NCBI RefSeq assembly: GCF_009834535.1
Contig: NC_045696.1
Coordinates: forward strand, 35,280,001 to 35,344,000
DNA: 64,000 nucleotides
Source of the DNA: Camelus ferus
Lineage: Eukaryota
Direction of reading: 5' to 3'
Positions 38,017-51,049 of the stretch are shown here, piece by piece. Each line of letters opens with the position of its first letter. Position 1 is the stretch's first letter. The notes below the pieces were generated by a model. It was not told where the DNA came from. It saw nothing but the letters and a program-made list of their open reading frames with translations, and did no database searches. A program made the position numbers and the translations under genes.

Positions 38017-41000
38017 TGTTACATTCACCCCATAGAGGTGAGATGGATCCTCTAAACTCAAAATCTGGTTTAGATATCAAGACAGATGATGCCACAAACT
38101 CATCAAGAGAGTATGAAAAAGTTTATCACTCACATAATGAGGTTTACTGGGGGGAAACAGAATGTGCTCCCAAGAAGATCCCAAAATGGCTTGAAACAAC
38201 AGAGAACAGAGATTGTCTTCAGGGTTTTTATGGTAGATAGGAGGTGCAGGGTAGGATGAGGGTTCTTTCGCATGGGCTGTGGCTCATGTGGTTTGGAATT
38301 CCCAAAGCACCAAAGGAGGGAGCACTGGGCTTTCTAATCAGCTGACCCAGATGTACAGCATAAGGGGGAAAAGGAGTGGTGGGTTTGAAATCTGTCAGCA
38401 AACAGTGAACACTGAATTTGACTCTATATTACAATTCACTTCTGATATTTGACTGATACCTGATACAACATTTCAGTTAACTGAATTTAAACATGTTTAA
38501 ATAAACTATCATCATACTCTATGAGGTCTGTTGCCTGAGGCTGGTAAGGTAGGTGAATGTTCTATTGACTGTATTGTTCAAGAGTTCAGTATTATGCAGC
38601 TTTGCAAGTGAAGTAAGTGCTTTGGGCATTATCAATAATAGATTCAAGAACTCTGAAACAAGTAAGGAGTATTTTGGTGTTGCCTTGTATTGTGGCTTTA
38701 GTATGTGCAGAAACCTGTATGATCTTGATGTATCTCTTTGGCTATCTATGAAGCAAAGGAGCCAGAGTTCTTAACCCCAAAAGAGGCAATCCTAGATAAA
38801 CAATAGTTGTTGTCACTGTCAGAGCAGATGGCCAAACTATTGGTAATGACCAAGAGTCTGTAAAATGTACATGCGGGGCCAACTGTTGGCCAGGATATCC
38901 ATTTCTAAGATGGCTGCTTAAAATACAGCCAATTGCGCTAAACTTTGTATCCTATCCTTGATCAGGGACATCCTAGTAAAGGGATAAAAAGAGGCAGCCC
39001 TTCAGCGAGCCCCATCGTATGTGATGGTGGTCCTGCTATTTATAAAGTATATGCACTTGCTTTGTTTACACAGTTGTACCCAAGGGACTGACGACAGAGG
39101 AGTTTTCCTCTAAACCATGGTACCTGGCAAGATATTGAGGCTGAAGGAGACAACTTTCCTGTAGTTGAGATATGCCAGAGTACTTGCCTTTGACTTTGTC
39201 CTCTAGAAGGAAGGCTCTGTGGTTCAGGTTGTCCTGAACTTATGGGGTACTGTTTCTATGACCCAAGACATCAGGGAGCTGGCAATCGAGGGTTTGGGGC
39301 TTAGGGCCTGGGAGACCTGCTATTCTCAGGAAAGGCCAGTATGCAGCCAGCAATGGTCACTCTAATGCTAAGAACAGTGGAATCAAGGAGGGCAATTTCT
39401 TACACCAGAAGTCCCCGGGCAACCTATGGCCACCTTGGCTGGTCCAGGGTTTAAGGGCCATGGACTTCAGTTAGGTTTGAATTAATCCTTTGGCTGTGAC
39501 TTGGGAGTGTCATGGGTGTTTTCCCTATAACCTGCAGAATCAGGAACTTTGTTACAGAACCAGGCAGCAGCAGCAGCAAAGACAGTTTGTAGGGTCCCAG
39601 TAAGTCATCTTTTTTAGGACTGTTATCTCATCATGCCATGTGGTAAATGCTATTCCTTCATGGGGGCTATCACCCAACGGGCCTATATATTGCACAGCGT
39701 ATCAGTCTTTACCCTGACTTCCAACAGAATGGCTTTCAATGCCTAGTTGAACTTTAAGAGCTCATTAAGTGTCAGTCAGCATTAAAAGTTGCTTTTGAGC
39801 CTAGCTTTAGTCACAAATTATGCTAGAATCAAGACACATGAGTCAATTTGAAACACACAGAGAAATCTGGGCCAATCCACATGACCCAGACCATTTTAAA
39901 GAGGACCCCAAACACATACTTTTGTCCATAAATGCTAATTATTGAAACTTACGACTCAGGTTGGTTAAATCTACAAGAGGTTCAGTAGGAATTAACAAAG
40001 AGCACAAAGCAGCATAGCTCAAAGCACAAGCTTGCCAACAAGCAGCATATCCAGTTAGCAAGCCAATGCAGGCAAAGAAAGATTCCCAGTCGTGGTGGCC
40101 ATTATCTGGACACTCTGCTTGCTGTGCCAAATGTGGTGGTCACCCACAATAAGAGAATAGACCCTCTAAACAAAATTTGGTTCAGATGTCAAGACTGTTG
40201 ATGCCACATATGGTTTGAAGATTTGAAGTTTATTGCAATATAATAGAACTTTCTAGGCAGAGCACAGCTGACCCCCAACAGGTGCAAAAATGCCTTAGAA
40301 GAGTAGGGAAAGGAAAGCAGCTTGGGAGTTTTTAAGAGAGCTGGGGGTGGAATTGGTAAGAGAGTTCCTCCATGAAGGCTAGGATTTGCATGGTTTGAAC
40401 TTTCCAACAGCACCTGGGCTTTCTTATTGTATAGTCAAGCCACTCAAGATGGCTCTTCCCTTGCTCTTTGTACATCCTGCACTCAACCAGTCCCTGCTTC
40501 GTCTACACCCTGCTCACACACACATGCTTGCCCCCTGCCCTAGCTGGTGATTGTTCCAATCCTTAGGCCAGAATGGCTCAAGCTGCTAGTTTATTAAAGG
40601 GAAATATCTGCCCTTATGATGGTCCTTAATCTGAGGAGCTGTAAGGGATGTGTTCCAGCTGCTGGTTTCCCTGGTAACTGGTAAACCAACCTGACATAAA
40701 TTTCCCCTGTAAATGGCAGCCTCCTTCTCCCCCAAGTAGCAAAGATTGTTGTCATGTCCTGCCTGCTATCAGCGGGACACAGTGGGGTGTCACTCCAGGA
40801 CCTTCTGCTTCAAATGCATAAGATTTCCTATCTAATAAACCATTGATGTCTCTGTCACTGTTTCCAGGCTTTTTCTTCAGCCTTGAGATTGGGAACTACA
40901 AGGCTTGCAGGCCTGCAAGGTACAGTCCAACACTTACCAGCTTGCCCACATGTGGGGCTGGGTAAGGAAAAACAGTGGGGCTTGAAAGTTGTAAGCAGTC

Positions 41001-41041
41001 AAACATCAAAAAAAAAAAAAATGCAGTCTGATTGGTATACA
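38017..41041 (-). mobile_element. Internally deleted ERVL-class provirus (LTR52-like): 3' LTR 38017-38433, internal 38434-40131, 5' LTR 40132-41041
   Basis: Two homologous TGT...ACA LTRs (both carry cctctaaac..aaaat.tggtt.agat.tcaagac.g.tgatgccaca); PBS TGGCACAGCAAGCAGAGT at 40129-40112; RNase H remnant FTDSW-(fs)-ITNSLAICS at 38864-38821. Confidence 0.85.
40428..40932 (+). mobile_element. Solo LTR (ERVL-type, family uncertain) inserted into the provirus 5' LTR
   Basis: TGTAT...CCAACA ends, internal AATAAA at ~40834, flanked by a 5-bp duplication cttat/cttac; the host LTR resumes in register after it. Confidence 0.85.
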
Positions 41042-41146
41042 CTGTGTGTGTATTATGTGTATGTTAGATGAAAAGATTTTATTTGGAATACTAGTACATT
41101 TCCACCCATACCCATCATGAACTAGTGACTCACAAGCAGTCAAGGG

Positions 41147-41380
41147 GGTGGTGTAGAAATAGCATGGACTTTGGAGTCAGGCAGACCTGAATTCACACCC
41201 CTAATCTGCAATTACTTATTCTGTTCCCTTGGGAAAGTGTACTTAAACTTTCCAGTTTCCTCTTCTATGTAAAATAGAAACCTCACAGAACTATTGAGGG
41301 GAAGAGGCCAACATGTGACTTCACGTGAACTCTATGGCAGGGTTCTTGGCATACAGGAGGTCTTATTCATGCTAGTTTTT
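41147..41380 (+). mobile_element. MIR SINE
   Basis: agcatggactttggagtcaggcagacctgaattc ... cagtttcctc ... tgtaaaat ... ttggcatacaggagg. Confidence 0.8.
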
Positions 41381-42019
41381 AACCTCTTTTCCTTTGGTCA
41401 TTCAGGAACTTTTGTTTATTTCTGAGTGGAAACCCTGGCAATAGTAATGTTTTACTAGACAGCCAATTTTCAATTATTCATAAGTGGATTGTCCTTCTTG
41501 GGGATAAAGTGGTGTCCCAGCAGTTTCCCAGCTCCCATTTCACCTGGCCAGCTCCCATTCTTCATCCTAGGGTAAGGTATGAGTCACGCCAGCTAACTGA
41601 ATTACATATTAAATTGGATTATGCAATATTGTTTTCTCTATATGTCTTTATACCATAAAAAAGTATATTTGAAGCTTTCTATTTAAACCTTGTGAATCAA
41701 TTATCCTTTTTAGATATGCATCACATACACCTTTATCACTATTCTTTCTTTCAGCAACCATGTATTTGAGCTCATGGTGGGAGGACACAGCAACACAGTA
41801 GTTCTCATGACAGGATATGATGTAAGGATAAGATGGCAGGAAGAAAAATAAAAACAATTCAAAATACATATATGCAGCAAAGTAGAATACGCTGTTTGTT
41901 AGTAGGTAGACCATGTACTTCTGTGCCCTGTTCTTTTACCTGATGGCATCAAAGGCTGAAAACCCATGACTGTGAGCTTCTCTAGTCTGTGGCTTCTTTA
42001 TTCCACAAGGGCCATTTTC

Positions 42020-42430
42020 AGCACTGTAGCTAGTATTTTGCTGCCCCAACCACATCCCTTTAGGCTATTTCAGTGGACACAAGCTGATTCCAGCTCCAGT
42101 ACCTGCATTTTTTTATGCCTGATGACTTTCTCCATGTCCAGAAACCACTCTGCCCACATGCCAGGCATCCTGGAAATGTCAAATATTTAATACCCATCAA
42201 GAGTAGCACCCAATCAGTGACTGATGGGAATTAGTATATAAATATTCCATCATCCTGTCTCTCAGATGAGATGACTCTGAAGTATGTGCTTTACACTGAC
42301 TTCTAGAGTTTTCCCAGTGGGATTAAGCTCTGTTACCCACAGTGATCACTGGCTTTATATAACTACCCTTTGCTGATCTCTTGTTTGTCTCAATTCTCCA
42401 TTCACCCAACAGTATTTTCTGCTAATCACA
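42020..42430 (+). mobile_element. ERVL solo LTR (LTR16A-like)
   Basis: caatcagtgactgatgggaattagtatataaata ... gactctgaag ... cccagtgggattaagctc ... acccacagtg. Confidence 0.7.
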
Positions 42431-42438
42431 TAAAGATC

Positions 42439-42884
42439 TGTGAACATCCTTAGAATTTTACCTACTTGTGAGCTAATAAATTAGCCTGTTTCTGTTTCAC
42501 AGCTACTGACAGAAGACATGAAACTTCTGGGTAAGAAACAAAGAACTTCATCACTCATAGCACAGCAGGCAGCATCAGCTTCATGGTCATGTCAGTTCTT
42601 CTTGCTCCTCCTTCTCCCTGGCCCTAGGGTGGTCTTGCAGAGGAACCCATATGAATGTTGGATACAAAACGGACTTGTGTCATGACTGAGGAATAGTAAA
42701 CTTGGGGACTTCACTGTTTTTATCATAAATGGCAAGCAAGCCTGCTTTTCATCCTTATCCCTCACTGCAAATGCAACCCTGAAAAATGGCCCAAGTAGAG
42801 AGAGGCCAGTGTTTTACATTCTTGGTCTACCCAGCAAGAACCCACAGGACACATGGGGTCCATGGCAAGTTGCCTCTCCCAACA
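42439..42884 (-). mobile_element. ERVL solo LTR (LTR40-like)
   Basis: TGT...ACA ends; the minus strand begins TGTTGGGAGAGGCAACTTGCCATGG, like the LTR40 5' end. Confidence 0.7.
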
Positions 42885-43739
42885 GCATCATGGTTTACAC
42901 TTGTTTGCCCATTCATCAGTAGGCTGAAGCAAGATGAGTCATCGTTCTCACTTTTAAAACAGAGTATATCTTTGTGTTCTGTCTTACTCACCTCAGAACA
43001 CCAACAGCTGGATGCTGTAACGCTTTCTCTACCTTGAAGGCACTTGTGGTTAACTCGAGAGAAGGCAATGTAGCAAGCCCGAGAAAAGAACTGTGAGTAA
43101 AGAGCAATGGAATCATATAAGGACTGTCAATTAAATTTTGGAAGGTTTCTCAATTTTCACAGGAAAATGCCATCTGAGGTGCTATGATAAATGTGAGTTT
43201 TATAATGAAAGAGAAGATGGATCACAAATAGAGGGAAAACAAGAGATGAAAGGCTTAACGATGTGGAACCATCATGGTGTATCCAGTGCTGGTCAGTAGG
43301 ACATATGAAGCATAAGGCAAGGAAAGACATGATTAAAGTGAGGTTGGCAAAACAGTGGTCACCAGATTACAAGGGGTCTTGAAGTCATTTATGTGTATTT
43401 AACAAATGTTAACTGCACTTCTACTACATGCTGTTCCAATAATATAAGCTACTCTCTCAGGGGTCTCCATCTGCAATTCTTCCCTCTTCACTCCCCTCCT
43501 CAAATACCTAATCAAAGTATCAGTGTCACAGCCCTCAGACCCAAAATTAGCAGCCCCTTCTCCCCTGCTATCCAGAGGATTCTGTTGTAAGTGTCAGGTA
43601 AAGGCCTCTGTTGAGATACCCACCTCCATCATCACAGTCAAACAAGAAAATATAACTTTAAAATGTCTTTTCTATTTCAATAGTAAAGTTTAGTCAATGT
43701 GAAAATCCATGGGAATGGTATTTGCATAAGCTAATATAT

Positions 43740-43935
43740 CAGTCTCTGCATTCAAACTCTTTTTTATTCCCACAGTTAAGACGTTTAGCTATGTGACCTT
43801 AGATAAGCTACATGACATCACAAGGACTCAGTTTCCATCTCTGTAAAATGGGAATAATGATGTTACATTCCTCATGTAAATGTTCTCATGACTGAGGGAG
43901 ATAATCCAGGTGCAGTGCTGGCACTTACTATCATC
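43740..43935 (+). mobile_element. MIR SINE
   Basis: tagctatgtgaccttagataag ... ctcagtttccatctctgtaaaatgggaataat. Confidence 0.85.
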
Positions 43936-45250
43936 CAAAACAGATACTTATCACCCTTAGGTTTATACTATTACCACAGATGGTTTGAAGGTGGCAGTAT
44001 TTGATAGAACTGAACACATAAAATCAATCTATTGGGCTTATTTGGCTATTATTAAAGAATTTACAAAGAGTTTTCCAAATGGGAGATAGTCACAATGTTT
44101 ACAAGTTGTAACATTCTTATCAAAATTGAAATCTGCTCACTACATCAAAATCTGACTGTGGCTTTCTAAAGACTGTCAACAAATTTTCAAAGAAGTTTTG
44201 AGATATGGAGCTGTGGTTTATTTTTTTTTAAATCCCCACATATTTATAAGCAAGAAATTATACATTATTTTTATACAAATTATTCCCACATGCTAGAATG
44301 GATTGAAAGAGTTAATGTAGTTGCAAAACACTATTAAGAGGCTGACAAAAGTTTAAATAGGAGGAAAAACAGCTACAGAATTTAACAGCTAAGACATATC
44401 AAACATAGAGCACACGGTTAAATACCTGATGTTATTCCAGGACACTGTGTTATAATTGGAAATGAAAAAAGGGTAAGTATGTATAACCCTGTACCACAGG
44501 CGCCTGCAACACTTCTCTTGGCTAAACCCCAACCCAGAAGCCATAAAATATGCCCCACTGGATAAATCTGGGGCTTCCCCACTTGCATGCACTCTGACAC
44601 AAGTCACAAACAATGCCTGTGCCAACAATTACATAACTTGCTTTGTAGCTATAGTAATCTTGCTCCTTCCTCTCTGGGGCCCACTCAGTCATTGCTCATT
44701 TATCTTGTTTCATGCTGGCCTGTTCACTTTATCCAGTTCCTTTAAGCCCTGGTACCCACGGTCTCCACCACAAACTGGCCTTGAAACTGTGCACATTGCA
44801 GCAGAAATCCTTTTGGTATTCACCCCTGACGTGACTCTGCCTCCCTCAAATTCATTTCTGAACCCTTGAACCACATCTACCTTTCTCTTTGCATTTGGAA
44901 TAAATGTGGTATAATTCCTAGAAATGATCCTCTAATCCAAGCCCTTCACTTTGCTGATGATGAAATGTTCTCACTTTAGTTACTTTTAGATTAGAATGTT
45001 TCATATGGGATTTTTACACAAATATTTATCAATCACTTCAAATGCTAGACTAATTTCTGGAAAGTTTCCATTTGTGGCTGGTCTTCCCCTCTGTGTTATA
45101 TTGATTCCTAATAGTTTTATTCAGAGGATAGCATTTCTATACTGTCTTCTGAAAGAAGACACTTTTTTATTGATAAAAGAAGAGAGTATATTGTCTGAAT
45201 ATAGATGCACAGGATTTTTAAAATGTATTTAAATTCTTTACAAAAGATCT

Positions 45251-45445
45251 ATCTATATATATATATAAATAGATAAACAACAAGTTTATACTGTATTGCA
45301 CAGGGAACTATATTCAATATCTTATAGTAATTTATGGTGAAAAAGAATACAAAAATGAATATACGTATGTTCATGTACAACTGAAGTATCATGCTGTATC
45401 CCAGAAACTGATACATTGTAAATTGACTACACTTCAATAAAAATT
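45251..45445 (+). mobile_element. Younger L1 3' UTR fragment (camelid-type)
   Basis: atagataaacaacaagtttatactgtattgcacagggaactatattcaatatctt ... cattgtaaattgactacacttcaataaaaa. Confidence 0.85.
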
Positions 45446-48400
45446 ATACATATACAAAAAAGTAAATCATACACCATCTTTATGAATTCACTATGGAATT
45501 TATGTCCTCTTGATTCCCCTGAAATTTACCGTATTTTTATTTATATAGAACTTTAGAGTCTTTAAAGTCTATTATCCCATATTCTACTAATAACAATGAA
45601 TAATGTTGGTTGGGAAAATGAATGACTTTATTGTGTAAATGAATAAACCATGGATCATTTCCAGCTATGTAGATTAGACTATTGAAAGAAAAAAAATAAA
45701 TTATGAAAATACCAATGTCATTGGTGAAAAATGTAATGTTTATATACTTGAGATTCCCAAATTCCATAATTTTATCTCCCCAAAAGGCCAAGTATTTTAA
45801 AATACTCACACACAGTGAAAACATCCAAGGTACTGTCTCATAATATGTCATTCTCAGGATGTGCCAAAAGCAAGTCTTTAGGCATTTTAGGAGCTAAATC
45901 CCCTTGACAGGGTCCATTTCACAGAGAATTCTTTTCTACCTGAATAACATCATTATGAGGTTCCAGTGTCTGTATTTGTCTTTCAAGTTAGTTTGAATAG
46001 ATTATGAGAACAAACTTACCTTAAATTTTAACTATTTTGTTGTCTAAATAATTATATAAATAATTGATTTTTTTTTTCCCAAACAGCTGACAACAATATC
46101 ATTTAATGTTCACCCTTGGAAAAAAATTTGAAAAAGACTAATGCTGTGTCAGTTTTTCCTCAAATCAATTTCCTGGGGTTCATCTGGAAACCTTGGCTTA
46201 AGATTATATTGAGGAAAATCAAAAGTTAATCCATTAACTACTTCAGTGGCACCCATACATTTTAAACAATGCAGACGTTTGCGTCTAAATTTATTGTTCT
46301 GACATAGTCAGACACACTTTAATCCTCCCTTCTTTATCTAGAATATGGCGACTTCCTTTTATACTTTGAAAGAACTTCAGTCAAAATGCTCCATCAACAC
46401 CATCTTTGTCTCTCTTAATACTATTTCTTTCATGTTATTTCAAGGATTTCTGTAAAAGTATCTTTCCCTCTTTAAAATGTCAAATTTTACTACTTAAAAT
46501 ATATGTGCTTCTTTACCTCCATAAACCACTGGCTGGGCCTAGTGGCTGAACATGAGTTGGCTCCTCCTTAAGAAAGATGCCACATTTCCCCAACACATCT
46601 CCACCCTGTAGCACATGGCCTCGAATTCTTTAGTTAACAAAGCTATTCTGTTGGAAAATAACCAAATACTTAGAAAAATGAGTTTAAATGCTTGATTATC
46701 TTTATGTTTTCAGTCAAGTATTGTTTTAGACTACTGTTGGTCCTCTGCATTGTCAGCATAATTATTTCATTCACAGTAACATGCGAGGTAGACTGTCACA
46801 CTGCTACTAATATCAAATAAATTGTGCAACAATTATTTATGAATCCAGTAACAGAACTAGCAACAATAAAACTCGGCAAAAATTTTGCTTGTCCTTATGT
46901 ACACAGGAACCGAGTCTACTTCAAGTGTTCGAAAAGCCTGATTTGTATCCTTCCTGGATGACTTGTGACACAATGGAAAAAGTATCCCACAAGGAACAGG
47001 AGATCTCAAATCCCTATCCAACTCTGCAGCAAAATAACCTTGTGACTCCAGGCCTGGGTGTGTCAGGTCTGATCCACAAGCTGAAAAGTCCTGATGACAG
47101 AGAGACAGACAACAGGTAGATTTATGTTGGGGTAGAGGTGTTTGTATAGGTATAGCTATATGTGTAGATGTAAATCAAGCTACAGAAATAGATGTAAACT
47201 TAGGTAGATATACAGGCTTATAGTTACAGCTAGACTAGCACAAAGCCCCTATTACCATGCTGTCCTACTCTGTTTAACTCATAAATTCATGAAAACTGCC
47301 TGGTTTTTGTATATGTATGAGTTCCCATCCTTTATCCTAAGAAATGTACAGTGATTGAAAGATCTTATTTCACAGCAAAAGGCCTTTACATGCTTGGGGT
47401 AAGCCAAAGATTTTACGCAGAGGCAGAAATGCAGCTCTTACTGAGGCATGGAATCAACAAAGCACAGGAAATACTTGGCAAAAGATTAAGCACTTTGTTA
47501 TTTTCTGAAAATCCTATTAAGAAAGGTGTGCTATTACAATTTACAAATAGGAATCTGTAAGCTGACTTTTAGAGACCTTCTTTCCAGCTTTAACGGCAGT
47601 GCTTCTCAACTCATTTTAAGCTTGAAGTTTATTTGCTAGTGTTGAATAAATGAAGACTGACATACTGGTAGAAAAAGCAAACAATTTTTTCAAAGACTAA
47701 AAGGTTCACAGGACAGACAACGCATTAAAAACACACAAATACACAAATAAACATATCTACAAACAAGTAGACACAATGTACATACACACATATACACTGC
47801 TTCAAATTGACTCATTAGAAGTACTGTTAGTGGATTGACCAGTGTTACACAGATGTAATTTTTTCAGTACTCTGTTGTTGCTGTTTCTCAGACAACATAT
47901 ATATAATTCACCTGAGAAGTGACAATGGTCAAACTAGGGTTAAACTACTCCTCCTTTAATTGTAGATTAATACCTAAAATTCACATTTCCATTGACCTGT
48001 AAACCACTATATTTCCCCAAAGAGTAGTTTTTGGTCACAATAACATGTACTTTCCACAGTAAAAGGGGAAATAAAAACTACAAAAGCAATGCAAGTACAT
48101 GATAGATTGTACATTTGATAGAAATGTTTGGTATATGTTGACTGGAGTGGCAGTTTGTACGAGGAGTTTTAGATTTATCAACTATGCATGCTGTATTGCT
48201 GCATGTTGGTATACATTTGCTTGTTATTTACTTGTTCTTCCATAAATGGTTTTGGCTTATAGAAGGCTATTAGGTCTCTGAAGTATTTCCCCTGGGCTGA
48301 CGTAACTGTTTGCAAACATATTATCAAAAACAAGAGATCAAAATAACAACAATAACAGCAAAACATGGAAAGTCATTAGAGATCACTGGGTATTCCTCTA

Positions 48401-48624
48401 GCAAGAGAAAAACAAAATATCTTCCAATAAACCAAAACACTTCTCTTGTATATCAACCTTATAGACCTCTTTAAATGTTTTACAGTCACTCACACATTTC
48501 ACTATCTTCTCTAACTGTTGTATACAGGAATCCTGTCAGAAATTATTGCAATTAAACATTTATAACTTAATTTTGTGACACCAATTATTCCTTAAATCAT
48601 GAATTGCTGAAGCTTGGAACATAC

Positions 48625-48672
48625 CTAGAAAATCATCTGTCATTTTCCATAGACGACTGACTGATGGCGAAC
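48625..48672 (-). other. Candidate 48-nt internal exon
   Basis: gttttattgctgtttttctcctcag|GTTCGCC...GATTTTCTAG|gtatgt; strong polypyrimidine acceptor, strong donor, two retained CpGs in unique DNA. Confidence 0.65.
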
Positions 48673-48874
48673 CTGAGGAGAAAAACAGCAATAAAACAAT
48701 TAAACAGAAACCTACTAATAAATGGTATTCTACAATACCATTTACTTCTTCCACTAAGATATTTCAGTAGTCTCAAAATAATTTAGGTTTGTTGCTGGGA
48801 AAAAAAGATCAAAGTTTCTCTGACTTGGAGAATTTACAGATGAGAACAATTATTTAAGGGGGCACCTATTTTCA

Positions 48875-49005
48875 AACTTAACTTATAGAACACCTACTAT
48901 TTGCCATTCACTGGTCTAGTCACTGAACATAAGAGACATAAACAAGGCAGGGCAAAAAAAAAAAAAAAACCCTGCTATCTTGGAGCTCATTTTTTAGTGA
49001 AGGAA
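48875..49005 (-). mobile_element. L2 3'-end fragment
   Basis: gaacacctactatttgcca ... ccctgctatcttggagctcattttttagtg. Confidence 0.6.
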
Positions 49006-49859
49006 GTGAAGAAAAGGAATGTAAGTATCTGTAGTTCGTTTAAAACATATAAATTATAAGCAAATATTATGGTATTAGATAGCACGTTACTTACACAGAA
49101 TGATGGAGAAAACATCACAGAATCAAAAGCTGAGAGTTAATCTGAAGTCTCCAACACACAAGATGCAAGATACGATGTAGGTTTTATTTATCTAATTTAA
49201 CTTCCATTTCACCCTACATTAATCATGAATCTCATTATTCACCCAGTCTTCCTCACATTACTTTGAATCTCAAAGATGATCAATGGACATTATATCACAT
49301 TTCTGTAACATTCTATCAAGCACTATACAAACAAAAGGCAGTGTCATTATCTGGGTACTTTGGTGTGAGGAAGGAAAGAAACTGCAGATAAAAGTCCATA
49401 GAGCACTCCTGTATCTTAACAAGTGCTCGAAACTGGCCAGCGAGTTGACATAACTTATATGTGTGCATGAATGAAGACTGTAGGAATCGAAGACATGTAC
49501 ATACTCTGTTTGGCCCCATCAGACTCATCCCTAGAATGTAATATACTATGGCCTTCCCCTCAGCAGTCCAATGTCTTAAGAGGACCATTTTGCTACACAG
49601 CAAGTTGCGATAAAATATGGATTTGAAGAATAACCATTAGGATAAAAAAAAATCACTCTTCCAATCTGTGCTAAACATCACTGCTGACTTCACAACAAGC
49701 TAAAGGAGAGGGATGACTCATCTTTCAGAATTTATGTTAATTTTTATTTTGATTTAAATTTGCTCTTCTTGTTCATTTTAAACTGACCACATCTGTCTGA
49801 AAAATTTTGGCATTGGGTCTAGAGTTAGAAAGAGAAGTAAGAGAGTATTTTTTCCTAGG

Positions 49860-50055
49860 TTCTATGGCTTCTACATCAGTGTTAATATGGGTTTAAAGTC
49901 AACTGTTGATCTTGGAAAACACTGGCATCCCTGGGCCCTGGCATGAATATTCTAATTCAGTAAATCTGGCATGTGTCCCAGAATCTGCATATTAAATAGT
50001 ACTTACCTACCTCCCCATTTAATTCAGTTGATCTTTATAATACACTTTGAGAAAA
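49860..50055. mobile_element. MER5-like MITE fragment
   Basis: cctgggccc ... attctaattcagtaaatctgg ... cccagaatctgcat ... acactttgagaaa. Confidence 0.6.
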
Positions 50056-50513
50056 AAAATTAACTCTAAGAGTAATGGACAACCCTGGAAAAATCCTATT
50101 TTTAAAGTTTGCAAATAATATTCTACATAAAATCCTGATCTAGCCATTTTTGTAAAACATATTACAAACAGCTAGTTGTAATAGGAAATAAGAACACACA
50201 GAGACCCATGTAAATCCTGCTCAGCTGCCATTTTAAATATGCAGTTTTTCTATTTCAATTTGTTCCTTTTGTTCCCCTTGAGATGTTTTCCCCCACTACC
50301 TAAAGAAACCAGGCAAATAATTTAAAATAGTAACTTTTTTGGCTTTTACCTAAAAATATATTTCCTACAACAGCCTAAGGAAAGTTTATCAGAATAGAAA
50401 TCTACTAGAAAAGCAAAAGGTAAAGGAAAAAGTAAAATAAATACTGATATGAGACAGAGCAAGGGAAAATACATTAAATAAAGCAAGCTCAGAATCCTAG
50501 AAGATTCTACGCT

Positions 50514-50529
50514 TGACGTGGGAACTCCC
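50514..50529 (+). promoter_or_regulatory. Overlapping TGACGTGG / CGTGGGAA / GGGAACTCCC motifs (candidate enhancer core)
   Basis: TGACGTGGGAACTCCC matches the UPRE/ATF-type, RBPJ and NF-kB consensus within 16 bp; function untested. Confidence 0.35.
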
Positions 50530-51049
50530 AATAAGGAGTCTGTGTATTTGAGAACTGTGTGAGATGGAAGAGTGGAGGGCAGAGAAAGAGAGGGAAGGGA
50601 AGGAGGAGAATGTGTGTGGGTGAGTGTGTGAGTGTCCACATGTGTGCACACGCATGCATGCCAGCACACAGAACTCACACATCTAATACCACCAGATAAT
50701 AAGTTAATCAGCTGAGGCTTTTGTTTTTGTTTTTGTTTTGCTTTAAATATGCTACTGCTATTTGGAGGATGGATAATTCAAAGAAAGCACGTGAAAGCAT
50801 GTTTTTCTTTTGAAATTACAAATACAAGGGAGGAGAGGAAAAGAACGGTTTTGATTGTAGTTTTCAATTACCCTATATATGTCAAGGCCTTCCTTTTCTC
50901 TTACTAAATTTTAAAATATTTAGAAATGTTTGATGGGATTTTGTTTTCCTCTGGATATTTTCTAGGCTATTCTCTTGGGTTCTGGGAGTCATTACTCAAT
51001 AGATGGAGTTGGGGCAACTCCAAAGTTGAAAATAAATAGCAAACATGGG

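Noticed and set aside
46020..46043. Possible 24-nt minus-strand microexon with AAG|GTAAGT donor
   Set aside because: Acceptor is A-rich without a proper polypyrimidine tract; isolated consensus donors are common in AT-rich DNA.
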